From assembly GCA_030704665.1 (NCBI GenBank), contig JAUYID010000009.1:458460-522459 (forward strand): a DNA stretch of 64,000 nucleotides, in the 5' to 3' direction. The DNA is from a bacterium. Lineage in GTDB: Bacteria > Patescibacteriota > Microgenomatia > Woykebacterales > RBG-16-39-9b. Each line of letters starts with the position of its first letter. Position 1 is the first letter of the stretch. The position numbers were made by a program, and so were the translations under genes. This document shows, one piece after another, positions 56,675 through 64,000 of this stretch. The notes under the pieces are model-generated. The model did no database searches. It was not told the origin of the DNA and saw only the letters and a program-made list of their open reading frames with translations.

Positions 56675-57190
56675 TTAATGCTTCTTTATCGGGTTAAATG
56701 ACAAAACCAAATTTCTGCCAAAAAACTTCGGTGTGCCGTCTTTAATCCCAAAATCGACTAAACTTTCTTCTGATTTTTTCAAAACTTCGTGTCCAAACTC
56801 TGGGTGAGCCATTTCTCGACCAGAGAAACGAACATTCAACTTCACTCTGTCTCCGGCGGCCAAAAACTCTTTAGCGCGCTTTAGTCTTGTTTCCAGGTCG
56901 TGAGTGCTGATCAGAGGACCGAGCCAAACTTCCTTAGTGTCTGTCTCGTGGGTGTGTTTCCTTGCCTGGCGTTCTCTCTTGGCTTCCTCGTATTTAAATT
57001 TTTTAAAATCAATGATCTTGACGACAGGTGGTTTAGCGCTGGCGGCGACCTCGACCAAATCAAGACCCTGTTCCTGTGCCTGACGACGTGCCTCTTCGAT
57101 ACCGACCACTCCCAACTGCTTGCCAGCAGAGTCAAGAAGGCGCACCTCTTTGGCTTGAATATTGTTATTCAAGCGGTAATACCTACCCAA
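56675..57190 (-). CDS. infC: Translation initiation factor IF-3
   Basis: GLDLVEV..PPV..D..KFKYE; TTG start. Confidence 0.95.
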   Translation of the reverse strand: MGRYYRLNNNIQAKEVRLLDSAGKQLGVVGIEEARRQAQEQGLDLVEVAASAKPPVVKIIDFKKFKYEEAKRERQARKHTHETDTKEVWLGPLISTHDLETRLKRAKEFLAAGDRVKLNVRFSGREMAHPEFGHEVLKKSEESLVDFGIKDGTPKFFGRNLVLSFNPIKKH

Positions 57191-57785
57191 GGCCCTTCTC
57201 CTTTAGAACTAGATTAATTTGGTCTAAACTGATGCTACCCTGCCGAAGAAGACTCGGTTTTGGGTTTGACAAATCTAACACAGTTGAAGGTTTCTCACCC
57301 CAAGCATTTTCATTAACGACGTAGTCTACCATGCCTACAAGTTTACTGTCAACCTGAGCTACCCTCACCGGGGCGCTCTCCCCGGCTAAGTTGGCTGAAG
57401 GGGCTAGAATTGGTTCGTTTAGCCTTTGTAAAACGTTGAGCAAAAGTCCGTGAGAAGGGACTCTCAGACCGACTGTTTGGCTGAGACCCTGAATGGGTTT
57501 AGTGCTGTTTTTCTTGGCTCGGAGTACCAGAGTAAGCGGTCCAGGCCAAAATTTCTTGGCCAGAGCCTCTGAGCTTTGATCGAACTGCGCGTATTCTTGA
57601 GCTTGATGCAAATCTTTCACAACAATTGAAGTGGGTTTGTTTAGAGCTCGCCTTTTTATCGTATAAAGCCGTCTAATACCTTCGGGTGAACCGAGACGAC
57701 AGCCAAGACCCAAAACTGTTTCGGTCGGAAAAATGACAAGACCACCACTTTTAAGTACTTCCAAAAACCGCTCGGCTTCGTCCAT
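57183..57785 (-). CDS. tsaC: L-threonylcarbamoyladenylate synthase (YrdC/Sua5)
   Basis: PTET, K.R, PGPLT, SAN. Confidence 0.9.
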   Translation of the reverse strand: MDEAERFLEVLKSGGLVIFPTETVLGLGCRLGSPEGIRRLYTIKRRALNKPTSIVVKDLHQAQEYAQFDQSSEALAKKFWPGPLTLVLRAKKNSTKPIQGLSQTVGLRVPSHGLLLNVLQRLNEPILAPSANLAGESAPVRVAQVDSKLVGMVDYVVNENAWGEKPSTVLDLSNPKPSLLRQGSISLDQINLVLKEKGLG

Positions 57786-57786
57786 T

Positions 57787-59544
57787 TTATTTTCGTTCCG
57801 AAACTTCTTTTTGCAGTTGGGTGGCGGCTTCAGAAATTGTTAAAACTTTAAGTTCTTTGGAGCCTTTGCTGCGAACTGAAACAGTTTGTTGAGCCTGCTC
57901 CCGGTCTCCCAAGACAAAAAGATAAGGGATTTTTTGTAGCTCTGCTTCTCGGATTTTTGCTTGCATGGTTTCGTTCTTAGAGTTGACCTCGACTCGCAGG
58001 CTAGAGTCTTGGAGATGCCCTTTTACTTTTTCCGCGTACTCAAGATGCCTTTCGGCAATTGGAATTAGCTCAACTTGGATTGGAGCAAGCCAAAGAGGAA
58101 AGTCTCCACCGTAGTGCTCAATCAGAAAAGCCATGGTTCTTTCTAAAGCCCCAACTGAAGAGCGGTGAATGACAATCGGTTGCTGGGCTTTCCCTTTTTC
58201 GTCAATATACTCGAGATTGAAACGTCTAGGCATAACAAAATCGTACTGGACAGTGAAGGCAGTTTCTTCTTTACCTAAGACATTCTTTATCTGGACATCG
58301 ATCTTCGGCCCATAAAAAGCAGCCTCGTTTTCAGCTTCAAAAAAAGGTGCTTTCGTTTCTTGTAAAACTTCGCGCAGTGTTTTTTCCGCTTTTTCCCAGG
58401 CTACATCGTCCTTGAAATATTTGCTCTCCTCCCCTCTATCTCCCAAGGAAAGGCGGTAGCGGTAGTCTTTGCCTTTCTCCAAACCTAAAGTAGAGTTCAC
58501 AAAATCGATTAAGTCCAAAACCTTTTTAATCTCATTCTTAGCCCCCTCGGGAGCAACAAAAATATGGGCATCGGAAAGGGTAAAAGTTCTGACTCTCATC
58601 AAACCCGAAAGTTCCCCGCTCTTTTCGTAGCGAAATTGGGGAGAGATTTCGGCTAAGCGCAAAGGCAAGTCACGGTAGCTACGCAGCCCTGCTTTATAGA
58701 GCATGAAATGATGTGGACAGGTCATCGGTCGCAAAATCAACTCCTCTTCATCCACTTTCATGACTGGGTACATCGTTTCTTTGTAGTAGGGGTAGTGGCC
58801 GCTAGTTTTGTAGAGTTCAACTTTAGCCAAAGGTGGAGTCAGCACGTGTTCGTAGCCTCTTTTTATTTCTTCATCTACAATGAAGCGTTCGAGAACGCGA
58901 CGCAGAGTTGCCCCCTTGCCCGTCAGCATTGGCAAACCCTTGCCAACCAGATCGGAATTAACAAACAGGCCGAGCTCCTTGCCAAGGAGCCGATGGTCTC
59001 GTTTTTTGGCCTCCTGGAGCCGAGTCAAGTAAGCTTTCAGTTCTTTATCATCTGTCCAGACGGTGCCGTAGACCCGTGTTAATTGTTTATTTTTTTCATT
59101 ACCACGCCAATAGGCGCCGGCGAGTGAGGTGAGTTTAAAACTCCCTATTTGTTTGCTGTTTTCTAGGTGGGGACCCTCGCAGAGATCAATGAAGTTTCCC
59201 GTCTCATAAAAAGAAACTTTCTTCTCACCCTTGTCTTTGAGCTCCTTGGTCAGTTCGACTTTATAAGGTTGGGAAATTTTTTCGTTAAATTTAATAGCTT
59301 CAGTGACAGTTTTTTCAGCGCGAGTGAAATTTAAATTTCTTTTTTTAATGTCTAGCATTTTCTTTTCTATCTTTTCCAAATCAGACTCTGTAATAGCCTT
59401 TTCAAAGTCAAAATCATAGTAAAAACCGTCTTCAATTACCGGCCCAATACCAAGCTTGGTGTCTGGCCAAAGCTCGAGCACGGCTGCAGCCAAGAGGTGA
59501 GCAGTGGAATGACGCATCTTTTCTAGCTGGCTATAATTTTTCAT
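57787..59544 (-). CDS. thrS: Threonine-tRNA ligase
   Basis: RHSTAH, RDHR, PMTCPHH, FYGPKID. Confidence 0.97.
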   Translation of the reverse strand: MKNYSQLEKMRHSTAHLLAAAVLELWPDTKLGIGPVIEDGFYYDFDFEKAITESDLEKIEKKMLDIKKRNLNFTRAEKTVTEAIKFNEKISQPYKVELTKELKDKGEKKVSFYETGNFIDLCEGPHLENSKQIGSFKLTSLAGAYWRGNEKNKQLTRVYGTVWTDDKELKAYLTRLQEAKKRDHRLLGKELGLFVNSDLVGKGLPMLTGKGATLRRVLERFIVDEEIKRGYEHVLTPPLAKVELYKTSGHYPYYKETMYPVMKVDEEELILRPMTCPHHFMLYKAGLRSYRDLPLRLAEISPQFRYEKSGELSGLMRVRTFTLSDAHIFVAPEGAKNEIKKVLDLIDFVNSTLGLEKGKDYRYRLSLGDRGEESKYFKDDVAWEKAEKTLREVLQETKAPFFEAENEAAFYGPKIDVQIKNVLGKEETAFTVQYDFVMPRRFNLEYIDEKGKAQQPIVIHRSSVGALERTMAFLIEHYGGDFPLWLAPIQVELIPIAERHLEYAEKVKGHLQDSSLRVEVNSKNETMQAKIREAELQKIPYLFVLGDREQAQQTVSVRSKGSKELKVLTISEAATQLQKEVSERK

Positions 59545-59787
59545 TTATTTAAAGGGGGTAGAGGAAATAGAGTCAATTATATTGGAAATGTAACCGCCGA
59601 TAATTGGAGCAGTATCGAGCTTACTAACAAAGAAAACGATGAGGGTGACGATTACGGTTGCCCCGAGGACACTACCAACTCCCCAGGCCAGTCCGGAAAG
59701 GAAACTATTGAACGCCATTTGAAATGGAGAGTACTGGATTTTGACGATGTCTTTTTCAGCTTCGATTTTGATCAAATTCTTTTCCAT
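59545..59787 (-). CDS. DUF5665-like membrane protein
   Basis: FLSGLAWGVG..LGAT..PIIG. Confidence 0.7.
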   Translation of the reverse strand: MEKNLIKIEAEKDIVKIQYSPFQMAFNSFLSGLAWGVGSVLGATVIVTLIVFFVSKLDTAPIIGGYISNIIDSISSTPFK

Positions 59788-59794
59788 TTGTTTC

Positions 59795-59871
59795 TGGTGG
59801 ACGATACTGGGCTCGAACCAGTGACCTCCGCAATGTCAATGCGACGCTCTAACCAACTGAGCTAATCGTCC
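59795..59871 (-). tRNA. tRNA-Val(GAC)
   Basis: Full cloverleaf, loop TTGACAT, ACCA end. Confidence 0.95.
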
Positions 59872-60510
59872 CTAAGGTTTAATTCCGACTAGATCTTTCT
59901 CTGGATCAGCTTTTAAAGACTTAAAGGATTTCTTGGAATCAATTATTTGGTCGACAATTCCGTATTTTTTGGCTTCTGCGGCCCCCATGAAAAAGTCTCT
60001 TTCAGTATCAAACTCCACTTTTTCAAAGCTTTGTCCTGTTTCAGAAGCAAGTATATTGTTGAGTTTCTTCTTCATTTTCAAAATTTCTTCAGCGTGAATT
60101 TTAATATCGGTTGCTTGGCCTGAAATTTCCGTCAGAGGCTGGTGGATCATAATTCGTGAGTTTGGTAGCGCATAGCGCTTTCCTTTCGTTCCGCCTGCCA
60201 TGACCACGGCTGCCCCGGAGGCAGCCATACCAACACAAACAGTTTGAATATCCGGACGGACAAATTTCATGGTGTCATAAATTGCCAAAGTTGAGTGGAC
60301 ATAGCCTCCTGGGGAATTTATATAAATTGAAATGTCCTTCTCGGAATTATCGTTTTCGAGATACAAAAGCTGGGCAATGATAATGTCAGCTGACTCATCA
60401 GTGATCGGCCCAGACATAAAAATAATCCTCTCTTCCAAGAGTCGGCTGTAAATATCATAAGCCCGCTCACCGGCCGGGTCTCTTTTTATAACCATCGGTA
60501 CTAAATCCAT
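59872..60510 (-). CDS. clpP: ATP-dependent Clp protease proteolytic subunit
   Basis: DIYSRLL, AASG, IHQP, ERDFFM. Confidence 0.97.
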   Translation of the reverse strand: MDLVPMVIKRDPAGERAYDIYSRLLEERIIFMSGPITDESADIIIAQLLYLENDNSEKDISIYINSPGGYVHSTLAIYDTMKFVRPDIQTVCVGMAASGAAVVMAGGTKGKRYALPNSRIMIHQPLTEISGQATDIKIHAEEILKMKKKLNNILASETGQSFEKVEFDTERDFFMGAAEAKKYGIVDQIIDSKKSFKSLKADPEKDLVGIKP

Positions 60511-60684
60511 AGAAACTCTTTCAGACGGTTACCGTTTGTGCTGCAGTTGATAACCGTAAGTGGGGGTATTCTAACAAATAAGTGAAGAGGTGTAAATTGA
60601 GAGGTCTAGGGGCTCGAGTTTAGCCGAAATATATCTCGAGCCCCAAAGTCTATCTCTAGCTGTCTTCCGTGGTTCGGCCCTTAT

Positions 60685-60855
60685 CTACTGGGTGAGTTGA
60701 GTTCGCTGCAGCGCTCTTTCTTGCCCCCTACGTGCTTTTTCAAGTCCGGCACGGCGCTGCGTAGAGAGCTTCGGGTCCTTTAGCTTCTCCTTGATATCGG
60801 CGAGGTTAATCACCTGGGCAATGAGCTTGCTACCAGTACCTTCACCGAAGTCCAT
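60685..60855 (-). CDS. 56-aa hypothetical protein
   Basis: TGATG-coupled to the upstream ORF; hairpin 60608-60644 downstream. Confidence 0.5.
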   Translation of the reverse strand: MDFGEGTGSKLIAQVINLADIKEKLKDPKLSTQRRAGLEKARRGQERALQRTQLTQ

Positions 60856-61067
60856 CAGAGCCCCCCTTCGATGGTGTGATCACCCATCAGCTCGTCGCGG
60901 AGTTCTCCGAAGACCTCCTCGATGAGCTTCTCACATTCGGGATGGGAGGCCTTCATGCTGACATAGCGCTCCCAGAGCAGCCTGATCGTTTGCTTGAAAC
61001 GACCGAGTTCCTCCTTAATCTCCTCACGAGTGAGGTTTGAAGAAGTCTGCGTTGCTACCTCACTCAT
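60855..61067 (-). CDS. Hypothetical protein
   Basis: SD AAGGAG; helical acidic protein. Confidence 0.6.
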   Translation of the reverse strand: MSEVATQTSSNLTREEIKEELGRFKQTIRLLWERYVSMKASHPECEKLIEEVFGELRDELMGDHTIEGGL

Positions 61068-61072
61068 CAGCT

Positions 61073-61261
61073 CTACTCCTTCAATGCCTGACGGCTTGAG
61101 TTGAAAGCGTCATCCTCGTAGTCGCCACGAAGCTCGAGGGCAGCCTCAGCAGGATCACGCCGTGACAAGGGGTACTTCAGCTCTGGACCACAGATGTAGG
61201 TCGGCGTCCGCTCGCCCCTCGCCACTTCCCTCTTCTGCGTTGTTACGCTTGTTTGATCCAC
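61073..61261 (-). CDS. Hypothetical protein
   Basis: SD AAGGAGG before GTG 61261. Confidence 0.5.
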   Translation of the reverse strand: MDQTSVTTQKREVARGERTPTYICGPELKYPLSRRDPAEAALELRGDYEDDAFNSSRQALKE

Positions 61262-61380
61262 GTCTGCCTCCTTGCTGATCGCTAGCCGGTGCTTCCCCGG
61301 ACAGAGTCTTGGCACAGTAGTGGTTGGACCATTCGGCCCCTTGAAACTTACTTACCTCAGACACTGTCGTGATTCAGTTT

Positions 61381-61457
61381 TGGCAGTCTAGAGAGGAGTC
61401 GAACCTCTGGCCTCCAGATCCTCAATCTGGCGCTCTGCCAATCTGAGCTACTAGACT
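61381..61457 (-). tRNA. Atypical tRNA with GAG (Leu) anticodon, short variable loop, G73
   Basis: AGTCTAG/CTAGACT acceptor, CCAGA-TTGAGGA-TCTGG, 5-nt variable loop AGGCC, GCCA end. Confidence 0.85.
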
Positions 61458-61459
61458 AC

Positions 61460-61534
61460 TGGCGACCGAGACAGGATTCGAACCTGCAACATAGCGATTT
61501 GGAGTCGCCTGTTCTACCGTTGAACTACTCGGCC
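61460..61534 (-). tRNA. tRNA-Trp(CCA)
   Basis: Cloverleaf, loop CTCCAAA, GCCA end. Confidence 0.95.
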
Positions 61535-61669
61535 TTTGGCTAAAATAGCCTAACTCTTTTCGCTAACCTCCTTTCCTGACTCTCCGCTTTCGTCTACTTG
61601 TTGATTAGTGCTGGTCCTCTCAAGCTTTAGACTTGAAATCCGGATACTTGGGAGAAACGGATTTGGACC

Positions 61670-61835
61670 ACAAAAAAACCCCCTGACCGGGGGTTTACTT
61701 TCAAAGGATTTAGTCCTTTATACCCCCGAAGTCGTAAAACCCTTTACAAAAAGGGCTCTACAGGCGGTGGTAATTGGGCACATATACCTGTTCATTTCAA
61801 ATAAACTATAGCAAGCAGGGGCCAGCCTGTCAAGT
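61670..61835 (-). promoter_or_regulatory. Promoter plus putative leader-peptide attenuator of the tRNA operon
   Basis: TTGACA-17-TATAGT; uORF 61795-61718; terminator 61696-61671; antiterminator strand 61728-61722. Confidence 0.55.
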
Positions 61836-61850
61836 CGATTGGGATTTAAG

Positions 61851-62750
61851 TTAGTAAGTTCTTACAGAAATAGTTCCTGCTCCAACCTCAATGTCTATTT
61901 CAATTTTCTCCTTAGCGTTTTGAAAATTGCTACTTACATAGCTGCTACCCTGCTTTTGAAAGTAGTCTTTTGGCAAAGAAATATTTTTTGGTCCACCCTT
62001 GATAAGAATTTTGGTCGCACTATCTTTTGGAATTTCAAAATTCAGGCTTGAAGCACCGGTCCTAATCATTGTTTTACTCGACCTAGAAGAATATTTAATT
62101 CTTAAATTGACAGCAGCGGTTTGGATGTCAATTTTTTTGGCGAGCAAGTCTTCCAAATTTAGATCCAAATTGCTTGCTGCCGCCTTGACCAAAATTTCTA
62201 GGGGGACCAAAGGTGAAAGGTCTATTTTGGCTTCGTTGCGAATTGAGCCAAGAAAAGGAATCGAATTGCTGCTACCTTGGTTGATATTGAGATAAGTAGT
62301 GTTTTGGTCTTCGTTTCTCGCAACCGTGGGCGCAGATGCAGTTGAACTGTAGGTTAGCTGTCCGCCGGCCAGTTTGGCCGAATCAGTCGCCAAAGACGCG
62401 ATTTTTAGATTGACTGCCGGCAAATCGATTGTGATTTTGGCTCGCACTGTAGTCGCCAGGTTTTGATTAAGTGTGAGTTTGCTCTTTGCCAAAGGGTTAC
62501 CTCCAAAAGGGTTCAAAAAGAGAGCCAGGGGGAGGAGAAAAATCAAGGCAAAAAGAATAATTAAAGTCCGAAAGGAAACTTGCCTACCGATAAAAATCTC
62601 AACTCCAATGAGAATCAAAAGAACTGGCCAAAAACGCCAAAGTGAAAACCAAAGCGACCAGGGCAGGACGCCAAAATTGTTGAGCAAAAAGATTGCTCCC
62701 AGAAAAATCAGAATGAACGGTGCAAAGCTTGATTTGCTTCTGTTTTTCAT
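61851..62750 (-). CDS. LiaI/LiaF-like (DUF5668) membrane protein with beta-helical C-terminal domain
   Basis: LIFLG..FLLNNFG..WRFWPVLLILIG. Confidence 0.75.
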   Translation of the reverse strand: MKNRSKSSFAPFILIFLGAIFLLNNFGVLPWSLWFSLWRFWPVLLILIGVEIFIGRQVSFRTLIILFALIFLLPLALFLNPFGGNPLAKSKLTLNQNLATTVRAKITIDLPAVNLKIASLATDSAKLAGGQLTYSSTASAPTVARNEDQNTTYLNINQGSSNSIPFLGSIRNEAKIDLSPLVPLEILVKAAASNLDLNLEDLLAKKIDIQTAAVNLRIKYSSRSSKTMIRTGASSLNFEIPKDSATKILIKGGPKNISLPKDYFQKQGSSYVSSNFQNAKEKIEIDIEVGAGTISVRTY

Positions 62751-62757
62751 AAATTTC

Positions 62758-62844
62758 TGGTGCGGGTGAAGGGACTTGAACCCCCACGACCTTTTGGGTC
62801 ACAAGGTCCTAAACCTTGCGCGTCTGCCATTCCGCCACACCCGC
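62758..62844 (-). tRNA. tRNA-Leu(TAG)
   Basis: 87 nt, long variable arm, ACCA end. Confidence 0.95.
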
Positions 62845-62917
62845 CCGATTGTCATTTTTTTAGCCACTTTTCCAACCTTCTTATTGCGTGATGACGAAGC
62901 TGATTATACCAACAAAG

Positions 62918-63661
62918 TTAAAGTTTCGAAACTTGTTTTGTTCTTTGAAAGGCAGAGTCGTGGGTAGAAGTTTCAACAGAGTCGTCTAAAGGAGCAAGTT
63001 CAACCGAACCATAACGTCCTTGCAGGGCCCGTTCAAGCAAAAGATCGGCAAAACGAGGATTTTTGGGCAAAACTGGACCGTGCAAGTAGCAGCCAAAAGT
63101 ATTATTTTTCCAGGCTCCTTCGAGGCGATCTTCCCCGTTGTTTCCCGAGCCAATTAGAACCTTTCCTAGAGGCTCGGTGCCCTTTTCCAAATAAGTTTTC
63201 CCGGAGTGGTTTTCAAAGCCAACCAGAGTGCCGTGCAAAAGTTTTGGGTTCACTTCAACTGCGATGTTGCCAATCATTCGCTTCTCCCCGGCCAAGGTAA
63301 AGGCGTCCAAAAATCCTAGCCCTTCAAGCTCAACTCCATCAGCGGTTCGATAAAATTTACTCAGAAGTTGATAACCACCACAAATGGAAAAAAAGACTTT
63401 CCTCTTCTCCAGATCAGAGCGTAGAAACCCTTCCTTGCTCTTTTTTAGGTCTTTGGAAACCTCAATTTGAGCTTGGTCCTGGCCGCCCCCAAAGAAATAA
63501 AGATCAACTTGATTTGGCTCTAGGTCATCCCCAAGATTAATTTCCTTGACTTTAGTTTTGATCTTGCGCCACTGGGACCTTTTTACCAAAGTCAGGATAT
63601 TGCCTCTATCCCCGTAAGTACTCATTTGTTTTGGATAAAGCCAGCCGATCGTAAGTTCCAT
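62918..63661 (-). CDS. gatD: Lipid II isoglutaminyl synthase glutaminase subunit (CobQ-like)
   Basis: YGDRGN, GGGQD, ICGGYQ, GFENH, YLHGP. Confidence 0.9.
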   Translation of the reverse strand: MELTIGWLYPKQMSTYGDRGNILTLVKRSQWRKIKTKVKEINLGDDLEPNQVDLYFFGGGQDQAQIEVSKDLKKSKEGFLRSDLEKRKVFFSICGGYQLLSKFYRTADGVELEGLGFLDAFTLAGEKRMIGNIAVEVNPKLLHGTLVGFENHSGKTYLEKGTEPLGKVLIGSGNNGEDRLEGAWKNNTFGCYLHGPVLPKNPRFADLLLERALQGRYGSVELAPLDDSVETSTHDSAFQRTKQVSKL

Positions 63662-63665
63662 AAAT

Positions 63666-64000
63666 TTATTCCTCCCAAAAATTGGGAGAATAGCCTTTCT
63701 TTGCCAAATAAGCTTTGATCTTTAACATCGAGGTGTAGGTAGGAAAAAGAAAAATTGTTTGCCCGCTTTCTGCCAGACTCAGGGTTTTCGCTAGGGCAGT
63801 TTCAAGAGAATCAATTCGCAAGCAGTTTTCAAGCTCAGCGTACTTGGCACGCAGTTCCATATCAGAAGCTCGGAGACCACTGACAACTAACTTTTGCAAT
63901 TTGCCTTTGAGAGACTCAAAATCAACATCCCAAAGCCAGGAAACATCTCGCCCGTCAGCGATAAGATCGTTGATTGCCACCAAGGCAATTTTTTTCTCTG
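63666..64000 (-). CDS. murT: Lipid II isoglutaminyl synthase MurT subunit, C-terminal part (DUF1727)
   Basis: ADGRDVSWLWDVDFE, PTYT; upstream of gatD; truncated by window. Confidence 0.88.
   Translation of the reverse strand, partial: EKKIALVAINDLIADGRDVSWLWDVDFESLKGKLQKLVVSGLRASDMELRAKYAELENCLRIDSLETALAKTLSLAESGQTIFLFPTYTSMLKIKAYLAKKGYSPNFWEE

Noticed and set aside
1-64000. CRISPR array, IS transposase, reverse transcriptase or rRNA operon
   Set aside because: None recognisable in the sequence or ORF track.

Overview
The window looks like chromosomal DNA from a Patescibacteria/CPR (Microgenomates-like) bacterium. This is inferred from a type IV pilus locus with no secretin, a short HolB-like protein, a PheT lacking the B2 domain, DUF5665/5667/5668-like proteins and leaderless core genes. 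The right ~40 kb is mostly housekeeping: a sensor kinase, gyrAB, a 13-gene T4P cluster, trmD-khpA-rpsP-rnc-acp-nusB-rpmF-recG-tyrS, PBP1A, T-box-pheST, rplT-rpmI-infC-tsaC-thrS, clpP, four tRNAs and gatD/murT. The left ~22 kb mixes accessory hypothetical genes with dinB, a Xer recombinase and glyA. The main unexplained signal is a set of minus-strand, highly structured non-coding RNA candidates, each with its own sigma70-like promoter. They include a ~960-nt multi-domain RNA convergent with dinB and a ~290-nt RNA that fuses a tRNA-elbow-like module to a near-copy of the 23S rRNA L1 stalk, plus several 250-350-nt RNAs. Also notable are a small protein ending in Gly-Gly coupled to a Cys/His/Asp partner, a short-arm G73 tRNA with a Leu (GAG) anticodon behind a putative ribosome-mediated attenuator, an ACP lacking its phosphopantetheine serine, and in-frame palindromic insertions in pilin leaders. 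All RNA structures were read by eye; no folding or database search was run.
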